Assembly (NCBI GenBank): GCA_963733195.1
Contig: CAVTCR010000073.1
Coordinates: 128,001-192,000 of the forward strand
Direction of reading: 5' to 3'
DNA: 64,000 bases
Source: an uncultured delta proteobacterium
GTDB taxonomy: Bacteria; Desulfobacterota; Binatia; Bin18
Made by a program: the position numbers and the translations under genes. Of the stretch, positions 20,731-30,235 are shown piece by piece (the first letter of the stretch is position 1; each line of letters begins with the position of its first letter). The notes beneath the pieces are model-generated. The model had not been told where the DNA came from, searched no databases, and saw only the letters and a list, made by a program, of their open reading frames with translations.

Positions 20731-20941
20731 CGTCATTGCGTCACCGTGCCACTCATCGCTCAGTGCACGTGTTTCCAGTACAGTCTCCTGCCTCGTTTTC
20801 GCTCGGGCCATGCTCTTCGACTACGCCGTCGTGGCGGCGTAGTTTCTCCTGAACTACAATGAAAGATTTGTGCGAACGGAAACATTTTCCGTTGTTGGAC
20901 AGAAGGCTTCGGTTGCCTCCTGTCAGGTCCGCCTTCCTTCC

Positions 20942-22371
20942 TCATACCTGATCAGTGAACAACATATTGTGTTCGGCAGAAATGCTAGAGAAGACAATGA
21001 CTGTTCCACTATTGTTGCCAGAGGTACGCATAAATTCCTTTGTCTTCTCGATCATCCCTTCTCGTGTCGTTATGTCCGGAGGTAGGAGAAGCGGAGTTAC
21101 CCCACGAATAAGGGCAAGTCGCCGGTAGGTATCGACCCGCGGCGTGGCTGCAAGAATCGGTGTGCCGGGCGGTATTTGGCGACGAGTCGTGCGCTTGTTC
21201 CTTCGAAGGTAACGGTGACAATCGCTTCTAATCTGAGTGTAGAAGCAATGTGACAGGCGGCCTGGGCCATGAGATCAGCTTCCGACGGTGCAAATTCCTC
21301 CACTCGACGATCTCTAGTACCGGGAGATAGCTCTGTGTGTTCTGCTTCGCGCGCAATGTCCGCCATTGCCTGTACCGCTTGTACGGGATAGCGACCGATA
21401 GCGGTCTCTTCAGAAAGCATCAGCGCATCGGTGCCATCGATGACCGCATTGGCAACGTCCGCAGCCTCGGCGCGCGTTGGGCGAGGAGCGTTTACCATTG
21501 ACCACAGCATTTGCGTGGCGGTAATCACTGGTTTTGCTTGTTGATTGGCCTTGGCAATGAGCTGTTTTTGCACGAGAGGGACGCGCGCAAAAGCTGTTTC
21601 AATGCCAAGATCACCGCGTGCGACCATAACACCATCGGCTGCAGCAATGATCTCATCAATGTGGCCGAGTGCGGCTTGTGTTTCAATTTTGGCGATGATG
21701 GGGATATTGCTCCCTCGTTGCGCAATTTCCGACCTGGCGATGCGGATGTCCTCAGCAGTGCGTACGAACGAAAGTCCGATATAGTCAATCTGGTGGTCGA
21801 TCCCGAATTGAAGGTCGGAAAACAAATCTTTGAGGCTGAGGATTGGTAACTTGAACAGACCAGAGGGACAATTCACGCCCTTATGCGCACTGAGGTTGCC
21901 GCCTACAGTGACTTGGCAGTGAATATCCTCTGCAGTGACCTGCCGTACTTCGAGGGCAACTGCTCCATCTGCGAGAAGCAAAGTGTCTCCTGGCTTCACT
22001 TCTTGTGGGAGGTGAGCGTAGGAAACAGATACTACTTGTTGCGTGCCGACTATTGGCCGTGTGGTTAATGTGAATGACTCGCCAGCCCTGAGCGTAATGC
22101 TTCCGTTCGTGAAGGTACCGATCCGTACCTTTGGACCAGCAAGATCTTGTAGGATTGCGACCGGTACGTTGAGCTGCTCAGCAATGCGACGGGCGCGAGT
22201 AATTACCTGAGCATGTTCTTCCTGTGTCCCATGAGAGAAGTTGAGACGAAGAACATCTGCGCCTGCCTCAAGGAGCGCTCGGAGTTGCTCTTCAGATTGT
22301 GAAGCTGGACCGATCGTGCAAACAATCTTACTTTTCGGTTCTGCGCGCCAGGGAGCAGAGCTGAGAGCCAT
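20942..22371 (-). CDS. pyk: Pyruvate kinase (frameshift near 21160)
   Basis: KIVCTIGPAS, RLNFSHG, IIAKIET, MVARGDLG, ATQML, PTRAE; C-terminus continues in a shifted frame to TGA at 20942-20944. Confidence 0.93.
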
Positions 22372-22683
22372 ACGTGTTGTTCTCCTCTCACTTTAAAATC
22401 CCACCGACACTCCTACTGTAGCAAAAAATACTACCTGGTCCGACTCGCCGATACATAGGTCGCTTCCAAAGTCAGACAATTGACGGCTGATAATAAGCGA
22501 TTGAAGAGGTCCGAGGAGGAAAGGCTCCTATACGAGCTAATCAAATAAGAACGAAAGAAAGGTGGGGTTAGCTAGAGGTAGAGGACAGAAAGCGTCACAT
22601 ATGAAGAAAACAAGGGTAAGGGAGTATTGAGAAAATCTGTCTGGCTCTGAGGCCGTTCTCTCCCATGTTCTGTTTCTTCTTGG

Positions 22684-23328
22684 CTATCCCTTACTGTCTG
22701 ATGCCGAGGCTGTATCCAACTCGTGAAGTTTATTTTGTAGGGTCTTGATCAGTTCTTCATACGACGACTTGGTGAGAATCCGGTTAAATTGGTTGCGATA
22801 GTTCTGCACCATGCTCACGTTTTCGATCACCACATCGTAGACGAGCCATTTCCCGTTAACGTTATGCAAACGGTACCCAATCGAGAAGATTCTGTTCTGT
22901 ACCGGATCAAGCACGCGTGTATCGACTTCAGAGAATTTGTCCTCGATACGCTCGTGGTCAAAGAAAAATTGGACACCGTTGTTGTAGCGGTCAAGATTGT
23001 GCGAGTATGTCTTCTCGACGAGAGCAATGAAAAGCTGGACAAACTCTTGCTGCTGCTGATCCGTGAGGCCTTTCCAATGCGTGCTCAGTGTCCGCTTCGC
23101 CAATTCTTGTGAATCGAACTGCGGTAAAACAACCTCTTTGACCTTCGCGAGGCGCTGTTGCTTGTGGTCTTGGCCCTGATAACTCGGGTCTTCCAAGACC
23201 GCGCGCGCTTGCTGGATTGTCGTGCGGATCGTCTCGATCGGCGAGTCGGCAGTTGCCCAGGCATTCACCGTCATCGTTATGAGAACAGCCCCAGCAATAT
23301 TCAAGAGGACAGCAGATCGACTTCTCAT
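22684..23328 (-). CDS. mlaC: MlaC/Ttg2D-family lipid-binding periplasmic protein
   Basis: Signal peptide, WLVYDVVIENVSMVQNYRNQF. Confidence 0.88.
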   Translation of the reverse strand: MRSRSAVLLNIAGAVLITMTVNAWATADSPIETIRTTIQQARAVLEDPSYQGQDHKQQRLAKVKEVVLPQFDSQELAKRTLSTHWKGLTDQQQQEFVQLFIALVEKTYSHNLDRYNNGVQFFFDHERIEDKFSEVDTRVLDPVQNRIFSIGYRLHNVNGKWLVYDVVIENVSMVQNYRNQFNRILTKSSYEELIKTLQNKLHELDTASASDSKG

Positions 23329-23368
23329 GGTCTTCTCCTCCTTACCGCTGATAAACTATATAAGCCCA

Positions 23369-24136
23369 TTACTCAGCAATTTGTTTTGCGCGTCTTTGTT
23401 GATAACCATCTTGCACTGCTCCGTACAGATCAACAGTATACCGATTCACATCTTCAAAGAGTTCAAGATTCAGGGACCGGTAGTTAATGGCACTTCCTAC
23501 AGTCGTGCCACCACGGACGGCGATCAGTTGGAGAGTTGAGAGAAAATAGGTCATCGGGTTCATTGCTCCGTCTGCAACGAGTCCGACTGTGTCACGAATA
23601 TTCGACGGGCCATAGAATGGCAACATCAGGTAAGGGCCTGAAGGAACACCATACACTGCCAAGGTCTGGCCAAAGTCTTCAGGGCTCTCCTTCCACCCAA
23701 GCCATTCATCAGCGACATCGAGAAATCCGACACCGCCGATTGTTGTATTGATGACAAAGCGACCGACTTCTCGTCCGGCCTGTGGGATTTTGCCCTGGAA
23801 CAGGTTGTTGGCAAAGCGTTCCACGATTCCCAGGTTCTTAAAGAACCGCTGCACCCCACGTTGGGCGGCATTTGGCATGACTGCATCGTACGCAGTAGCG
23901 ACTGGACGCAATGCATACTCATCGAGTTTGAGATTAAACTCGAACACTGGCTGGTTGAACCATTCCAATGTGTCTGGCGGAGGTGGGGAAAATAGTTCCT
24001 CTGCACCAAGTTTTGGACGTGGAGATGTCGTCTCCTCGTCTGTCGATGGTGTTTGCGCCTGGGCTGGCATCGGGAATATAATTCCGCTCAGAATACTAAC
24101 ACTCATGAGCGCTGCGAGTAGTATTCGTACCGTCAC
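23369..24136 (-). CDS. mlaA: MlaA/VacJ-family protein
   Basis: DTLEWFNQ, RFVINTTIGGVG, EDFGQTLAVYG, GPYLMLPFYGPSNIRD. Confidence 0.88.
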   Translation of the reverse strand: MTVRILLAALMSVSILSGIIFPMPAQAQTPSTDEETTSPRPKLGAEELFSPPPPDTLEWFNQPVFEFNLKLDEYALRPVATAYDAVMPNAAQRGVQRFFKNLGIVERFANNLFQGKIPQAGREVGRFVINTTIGGVGFLDVADEWLGWKESPEDFGQTLAVYGVPSGPYLMLPFYGPSNIRDTVGLVADGAMNPMTYFLSTLQLIAVRGGTTVGSAINYRSLNLELFEDVNRYTVDLYGAVQDGYQQRRAKQIAE

Positions 24137-24198
24137 GGTATGCTCCTCTCTCGTCTACTGTTACTATCGTCCTTACCCTCGACTGTCTTTACTCCATT

Positions 24199-24672
24199 TC
24201 ATTGGGTGTCTTGCGGTGAGGGGTTGGTTTCGACATTGCCGAAAATGAACTTTTGAATAATTTCCTGCAAATCAACAGGAGATTCAGTGTTACGAATATA
24301 GCCCCCTGGTGCAATCTGGTTAGCAGTGGTTCCCGGAAGAATCTCAACATAGCGCTCGCCGATGAGTCCGGCAGATTTGATGGCGGCTTTAGCATCTTCT
24401 TTTAATACGATCGTCGGTTTGAGATGGATGGTCACGTGGGCACGATAATCTGGTGTTAACTGGACGGCAACAACGCGGCCAATGTTTACACCTGCTAACT
24501 CTACAAGCGCACCGTCTTGTAACCCTCCAGCGTTGGTAAACTCGGCTTTTACGGCATACCCCTCGGCCGTGCCGAAGCCCACCTGGCCAAGGTGAAGAGA
24601 CAGGTACACCAAGACCACGATGCCGCAGAGCAAGAGAAGGCCAACCAGCAATTCTGAATTACTCGTCTTCAT
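24199..24672 (-). CDS. mlaD: MlaD (MCE domain) protein
   Basis: N-terminal TM, FTNAGGL...VELAGVNIGRV, GLIGERYVEILPG. Confidence 0.9.
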   Translation of the reverse strand: MKTSNSELLVGLLLLCGIVVLVYLSLHLGQVGFGTAEGYAVKAEFTNAGGLQDGALVELAGVNIGRVVAVQLTPDYRAHVTIHLKPTIVLKEDAKAAIKSAGLIGERYVEILPGTTANQIAPGGYIRNTESPVDLQEIIQKFIFGNVETNPSPQDTQ

Positions 24673-24681
24673 AGCTAAGAG

Positions 24682-25428
24682 TTAGTTCGCCTCAATCGGG
24701 CCGTCACTGCGACCATGGATGAACTGTTGGACCAGCGGATTTGTCGAGGATTGGATGGTCACAGGGGTTCCAACGGCAACAATCGCCCCTTCGTGCAACA
24801 TAGCGACCTGCGTGGCTAAGGAAAAGATCTCTGGAATCTCATGGCTGACAATGACCGCGGTGAAATGCAGCATTTCGTGGAGGTCGAGGATGAGTTGGTG
24901 AATCGCATTGACACGAATCGGATCAAGCCCTGTCGTAGGCTCGTCAAAGAGGAGAAACTCCGGTTCAGAAACCAGTGCGCGCGCCATGGCTACACGTTTC
25001 CGCATACCACCAGAAAGTTCAGCAGGAAATTTTTCGTCTACGCCTGCCAACCCGACTTGTGCCAAACGTTCGCGCACCTTTTCCCGGATAACCGTTTCTC
25101 GTAGACGGGTTTTTTCTCTCAGAGGAAACGCTACATTGTCATATACCGAAAGTGAGTCAAATAACGCTCCGCCTTGGAAGAGCATGCCGAAACGAGTACG
25201 TATGTCATTCAACGCCCGACCGCGCAAGTGACTCACTTCAATATCATCTACCCAGACTTCACCAGCATCGGGTTGCATTAAGCCAATGAGAAGCTTTAAC
25301 AAACAGCTTTTGCCGGCACCGCTTCGGCCAATGATGGTATAGATAGAGCCGTCGGGGATCTCTAAATTCACACCAGCGAGGACACGTTGGCTGCCAAAGG
25401 CTTTGTGCAGGTTGACAACGCGAATCAT
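24682..25428 (-). CDS. mlaF: MlaF ABC transporter ATPase
   Basis: GRSGAGKS, MLFQGGALFDSL, LSGGMRKRVAMARAL, DEPTTGLDP. Confidence 0.9.
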   Translation of the reverse strand: MIRVVNLHKAFGSQRVLAGVNLEIPDGSIYTIIGRSGAGKSCLLKLLIGLMQPDAGEVWVDDIEVSHLRGRALNDIRTRFGMLFQGGALFDSLSVYDNVAFPLREKTRLRETVIREKVRERLAQVGLAGVDEKFPAELSGGMRKRVAMARALVSEPEFLLFDEPTTGLDPIRVNAIHQLILDLHEMLHFTAVIVSHEIPEIFSLATQVAMLHEGAIVAVGTPVTIQSSTNPLVQQFIHGRSDGPIEAN

Positions 25429-25435
25429 GAGGATG

Positions 25436-26203
25436 CTACAAAATCGAAGTGAGGAAATAATCCCATACTAAGATGAGTACTGAGCACATAACAACAGCTT
25501 GCGTCGTAGCGTGACTGACCCCCTCTGCGCCGCGTGCAGCATAAAAGCCTTTAAAACAGCAAACCCACGCGACGATCACGCCAAACGAAAGAGATTTGTA
25601 CAACCCGCCCCAAATGTCGTCGAGCGTAACGGCACTGCTCATCTGCGTGAAGTATGAACCCGCACTCACGCCAAGGAGTTGCACCCCAACGAGATAACCT
25701 CCATAGATACCAACGACAACAAACACCGCATTGAGTAAGGGAAAGGTAATGATGGCGGCAAGGAGAATGGGGACGACGAGATACTTGATCGGGTTGAGGG
25801 CCATCACTTCCAATGCATCAATCTGTTCGGAGATGCGCATGATCCCAAGTTCGGCGGTTAACGCCGATCCTGCCCGCCCAGTGATCATCAACGCCGAGAG
25901 CACTGGGCCTAACTCTCGTATCAAGCTGAGCCCGACGCCAGGCCCAAGAAAAGCCTCACCGCCAAAACGCCGTAGCGCGGTGTAGCCTTGGAAGGCCACA
26001 ACCATACCGGTGAATGCTCCAGTGAAAATGATCAAAAGGAGAGATCGAGCACCAATGAAGTCAATGCGACGAAGGAGCTGATTCAGTTGGAGTGGGGGAA
26101 CAAACAGATGTAAAAGGACTGAGGCAAGAAAGATTCCCATCTTGCCAGTTTCGTGGAGAAAACGATTGGTAACCCGTGCACTGAAACGTGCTAACGTCAA
26201 CAC
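25436..26203 (-). CDS. mlaE: MlaE ABC transporter permease
   Basis: RELGPVLSALMITGRAGSALTAELGIMRISEQIDALEVM. Confidence 0.92.
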   Translation of the reverse strand: MLTLARFSARVTNRFLHETGKMGIFLASVLLHLFVPPLQLNQLLRRIDFIGARSLLLIIFTGAFTGMVVAFQGYTALRRFGGEAFLGPGVGLSLIRELGPVLSALMITGRAGSALTAELGIMRISEQIDALEVMALNPIKYLVVPILLAAIITFPLLNAVFVVVGIYGGYLVGVQLLGVSAGSYFTQMSSAVTLDDIWGGLYKSLSFGVIVAWVCCFKGFYAARGAEGVSHATTQAVVMCSVLILVWDYFLTSIL

Positions 26204-26464
26204 TCGCGCAACCTCACCCTATAACCCTCGTCGCGGCACTGTTTGCTATACAATGAGGTATCGAAACTCAACGCCTCATATAAGCCGCATTGCGGTGGTA
26301 GCGCGAATGACCTACCACACGCACTCGGACCGCTCAAGAGAGCAGGCTATGATGAGATACTGGATGTTTTCTCGATCTATCGCAGCGATGCTCACTTCGC
26401 CAAAGCGTACCGCGAGTGTAGTCGTACGGGCGCGGTGTTCCGAGAACGTGGGGTTAGAACGGAA

Positions 26465-26902
26465 CTAACTGCGCCGGCGAGTGAGCTTGTACGGCGAGTC
26501 CCAGACGTCGGGCTCGATATACGCAGGATTCAAGGTATCCCACCGAATCAGTTTACGACGGAAGTATTCGGCATTGAGATCAAGATGAACACAGATACTC
26601 TCAAAGCCAAACAACCATTCTGGGTTTGTATCCCAGAACCAGTCGCGAATCTCACGGAAGACCTCGCGACCGTAATCTGTTCGTGTATGCCGGTAACGGA
26701 ACCAACAGGCGACAGCGTCTTGTAGCACTGCGAACATCAGTCTTCGTTCGCCGGTCCACGTCGCTGTCGATTGTTGACCTGCGGTAAAGAACTGTTCAGG
26801 AAGGAAGAGGAGGGGTTGTAAACGATGATGATCGGCAGGGGGAATGCCAAACACCTCTTGTTCAGGAAACGGGAGAGATTTTGCTGTATTTGTCTGTTCC
26901 AT
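26465..26902 (-). CDS. Conserved hypothetical protein (paralog of 12846-13178)
   Basis: LLFLPEQFF...GERRLMFAVLQDAV...WLFGFESICVHLDLNAEYFR; RBS AAGGA. Confidence 0.7.
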   Translation of the reverse strand: MEQTNTAKSLPFPEQEVFGIPPADHHRLQPLLFLPEQFFTAGQQSTATWTGERRLMFAVLQDAVACWFRYRHTRTDYGREVFREIRDWFWDTNPEWLFGFESICVHLDLNAEYFRRKLIRWDTLNPAYIEPDVWDSPYKLTRRRS

Positions 26903-27190
26903 GCTGCTATTCCTTATCTGGGGAAGGGGAGATCTTAACTGCGCGTATGGGAGCAGAGTTGCAGCCCTGGGCTTATTCGATTTCTCGTGGGTCCCATATT
27001 TCAGCAATAAATAGGCCAAATATAAGGCCACTTCGAGTACGTAAATCTCTCCCTAATGAGGAGAGTTGCCTCATATAGTGTGTTTATGTCCCTTTTTGCC
27101 CCACTGTTGTACCTTTCGAAATATACGAATAACCCTACTTCCTATATATTTTCCCAGAGGATGCGAGAATTTAGCTGTAGATGCGATTGA

Positions 27191-27205
27191 TGGCACAGCC
27201 ATTGC
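27191..27205 (+). promoter_or_regulatory. Sigma54 (-24/-12) promoter
   Basis: TGGCAC-AGCCA-TTGC, exact consensus, in an AT-rich intergenic region. Confidence 0.7.
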
Positions 27206-27374
27206 GGGAATACAGACTACACATCATAACTACCTGCCCTCATTCCATTATTATTTCGATATTTAGTAGGTATCGAATTGAAATTTTAACAAGGATCCTC
27301 GCTCTTTAGTCTGATCATCGATGAAGAACCTGATGGTTCGTTCGTCACGCGGGGATTGAGAAGGAGATTAATTA

Positions 27375-27653
27375 ATGGTGCAAGCGCAAAATCCGCAAGA
27401 GGCATATGAAAAAGGGTATATTGATGGATCGCGGATGGCGGAACAGATGCGATGGCAAGGAACGCCGATCGGCAACATGCTTAAAGGCTCTTGTTATGAC
27501 CCAGATCGTCATTTTCATGCCGCCTACGACGATGGCTTTAAGCGTGCGATGGATGCTGCAAGCCGTGTGGAATGGTCTTTTCCCGAAGGAAAAACCTCGA
27601 CTATTGAACATTTTGAGGTCTCTAGTCCCAATCGCTGGTTGTCTGCTGTATAA
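27375..27653 (+). CDS. Hypothetical protein (92 aa)
   Basis: RBS AAGGAG; lies between the sigma54 promoter and otsA. Confidence 0.6.
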   Translation: MVQAQNPQEAYEKGYIDGSRMAEQMRWQGTPIGNMLKGSCYDPDRHFHAAYDDGFKRAMDAASRVEWSFPEGKTSTIEHFEVSSPNRWLSAV

Positions 27654-27717
27654 AAAATTGCCGCCAGTGGCAAAAAAATACCGATACGAATAGCGGCGAA
27701 TGATCCGGAGGACAAGA

Positions 27718-29286
27718 ATGACCGTGAGAGCTTTTCAGAGAGACGGATCGTGGACTGCGACGTTCTTGCAAAAGACTATTCGTGAAAAATTACAAGGGCG
27801 CCGCCTCGTGGTTGTATCAAACCGTGAACCGTATATGCACGAATATGGGAGAGACCTGCTGGTGTGTGAACGCCCTGCATCCGGTATGGTAAGTGCCATC
27901 GACCCAGTGTTACAGGCCTGCGGTGGATTATGGGTTGCGCACGGCAGTGGTTCAGCCGACCGTTTGGTTGTTGACGAACAAGACCGTATTGAGGTCCCTC
28001 CAGAGGCTCCACGTTATACTCTCAAGCGTGTGTGGCTCTCGAAACAAGAAGAGCAAGGGTATTATTACGGATTTGCAAACGAAGGACTCTGGCCACTTTG
28101 TCATGTGGTGTTTGCCCGTCCTCGCTTCGACCTCAGCGACTGGGCTACCTATGTCGATGTCAATCAAAAGTTTGCCTATGCGATTCTTGCCGAAATTCAA
28201 GATACGCCTGCGCTCATATGGATTCAGGATTATCACTTTGCATTGCTGCCACGTATGTTGAAGGAATCGCGGCCAGACGTGATGATCGCACAGTTTTGGC
28301 ACATTCCATGGCCGAATCCTGAAGCCTTTCGTATTTGCCCCTGGAAGCACGAGATATTGTGGGGGCTGTTAGCGAACGACCTACTAGGCTTCCATATTCG
28401 TTATCATTGCGACAATTTTCTCGCGACAGTGAAGCGTGAACTGGAAGTGCGCGTTGATCATGAGCGCTCATCAGTATTTCACCATGATGGGATAGAGACT
28501 CTTATCCGACCCTTCCCTATTAGTACTGACTTCGCTGGGGTCTCTAAGCAAGCCGAGAGTGATGAGGTCAAGGCGGAAAGTCGGCGTTTACAGGCATTGC
28601 GCGAAATTCGTGGACGACGCGTATGTCTCGGTCTTGATCGTCTCGACTACACGAAGGGGATTCCTGAACGCCTGCGGGCGTTTGAACGACTCCTGTGTAA
28701 GTATCCGCATTTGCAACGGAAGGTCGTGTTCGTGCAAGTCGGTCCTGAAAGTCGTATGGCGATCCCACGTTATAAGGCTCTCAATGAAGAGATTGTTCGT
28801 TTGGTTTCTGAGCTCAACCGCAAGTATGGAAGTCCTGACTGGGTTCCGGTTGTCCTGTTGCGGCAGCATTTATCGCTCGCACGTGTATTGGCTTGGTACC
28901 GTCTTGCTGAGGTTTGCGTTGTCAGTTCTTTACACGACGGGATGAATCTCGTTGCCAAAGAGTATGTAGCGGCCAAGAACGACCGAGAGGGAGTGTTGGT
29001 GTTAAGCCGGTTTACCGGGGCGGCTCGCGAGCTAGATCAAGCGCTTCTGATTAATCCGTATGACACTGAAGCCTTTGCTGATATTCTAGCTACGGCTTTA
29101 GACATGGAGAATGAGGAGCGAGAAAACCGTATGCAGCGTTTGCGGGATACGGTGAAGAGCAATAATATCTATCGCTGGGCAGGAAAAATACTTACGACCT
29201 TAGCATCTCTGCATCAGAAGCCGCAGTCAAGCCAGCCTGTGTCTACTGTGTCGGTTGAAATTGCCGCCCTGGCCTCAGGGGCCTAG
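27718..29286 (+). CDS. otsA: Trehalose-6-phosphate synthase (GT20)
   Basis: VVSNREPY, YYYGFANEGLWPLCH, WIQDYHF, FWHIPWP, DRLDYTKGI, DGMNLVAKEY. Confidence 0.92.
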   Translation: MTVRAFQRDGSWTATFLQKTIREKLQGRRLVVVSNREPYMHEYGRDLLVCERPASGMVSAIDPVLQACGGLWVAHGSGSADRLVVDEQDRIEVPPEAPRYTLKRVWLSKQEEQGYYYGFANEGLWPLCHVVFARPRFDLSDWATYVDVNQKFAYAILAEIQDTPALIWIQDYHFALLPRMLKESRPDVMIAQFWHIPWPNPEAFRICPWKHEILWGLLANDLLGFHIRYHCDNFLATVKRELEVRVDHERSSVFHHDGIETLIRPFPISTDFAGVSKQAESDEVKAESRRLQALREIRGRRVCLGLDRLDYTKGIPERLRAFERLLCKYPHLQRKVVFVQVGPESRMAIPRYKALNEEIVRLVSELNRKYGSPDWVPVVLLRQHLSLARVLAWYRLAEVCVVSSLHDGMNLVAKEYVAAKNDREGVLVLSRFTGAARELDQALLINPYDTEAFADILATALDMENEERENRMQRLRDTVKSNNIYRWAGKILTTLASLHQKPQSSQPVSTVSVEIAALASGA

Positions 29287-29288
29287 GC

Positions 29289-30077
29289 ATGTTGGAGAGG
29301 ATGCCCGTTTCTCTTTGGAAAAGCCCGTGGCCTGAGCGGTTGCGTTGTGCTTTGCCGCGCTTGTTGTTATGTCTTGATTATGATGGCACGCTTACTCCCA
29401 TCGCTGAGCGTCCGGACGAGGCGCGTCCTCCTGCTGCATTGTTGACCCTTCTTTCCCGGCTTGTTGAGCACCCCCACATCGCCGTTGCTATCGTCAGTGG
29501 TCGAGCCCTTCCTGATCTGCGTGCGCTCCTGCCAATACCTGGACTTGTGTTCATCGGTACTCATGGGTGTGAGGTCGGAACCGCAGACGGAGGGACACGG
29601 TTACTTGTGCCGGGTGGGGTGGTTTCTTTAGCGATCACTCGCCTCCGTCAAGAGATTGCCCCTATGCTGTTCGACTCGCCAGGCCTCCTTTTGGAAGACA
29701 AACGCTACGCCCTTGCACTCCACTATCGCCTCGCGCGACCAGAGGACATGCGGGTCATTGAAGGATTTCTTGCTGCCGTACGGGAATATCAACGCAAAGG
29801 AATTACATTGGAAGTGATCCACGGAAAAAAAGTCGTCGAGGTTCGGCCAGTCGGTAGCAACAAAGGGAAGGCCGTGCAGTTTCTCCTCGCTGGAAAGTAT
29901 ACCAACACCCTCCCTATCTACATAGGAGACGATCTAACCGACGAGGAGGCGTTTGTGGCCCTTGGCGAGCGTGGGGTAACAATTATCGTGGCCGATCCAC
30001 CTCGCGCCTCTGCAGCTCAGTGTTATCTGAAAGACCATCGAGAAGTTCTTCGCTTCCTATCTGGATTGGTGAGTTAA
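29289..30077 (+). CDS. otsB: Trehalose-6-phosphate phosphatase (HAD)
   Basis: LDYDGTL, IVSGR, GKKVVEVRP, KGKAV, IGDDLTDEEAF. Confidence 0.92.
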   Translation: MLERMPVSLWKSPWPERLRCALPRLLLCLDYDGTLTPIAERPDEARPPAALLTLLSRLVEHPHIAVAIVSGRALPDLRALLPIPGLVFIGTHGCEVGTADGGTRLLVPGGVVSLAITRLRQEIAPMLFDSPGLLLEDKRYALALHYRLARPEDMRVIEGFLAAVREYQRKGITLEVIHGKKVVEVRPVGSNKGKAVQFLLAGKYTNTLPIYIGDDLTDEEAFVALGERGVTIIVADPPRASAAQCYLKDHREVLRFLSGLVS

Positions 30078-30078
30078 T

Positions 30079-30093
30079 TGGCACCTCTTTTGA
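30079..30093 (+). promoter_or_regulatory. Possible sigma54 promoter
   Basis: TGGCAC-CTCTT-TTGA (one mismatch in the -12 element) upstream of the histidine kinase. Confidence 0.35.
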
Positions 30094-30235
30094 AAGAACA
30101 AAGAATATTGTGGAAAATCATCAAGGAAAACTTGTGACCATGTCTTTTCCTCTGTCGGGGTTCACGATAGAAACAGAGAAATGGGGGCTAGATGAGGCGT
30201 TGGGAGGAAACTTGTGGCATCTTGCCCCGGAGACT

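Noticed and set aside
26243-26725. 160-aa plus-strand ORF
   Set aside because: Largely antisense to the conserved hypothetical gene; no RBS or motif
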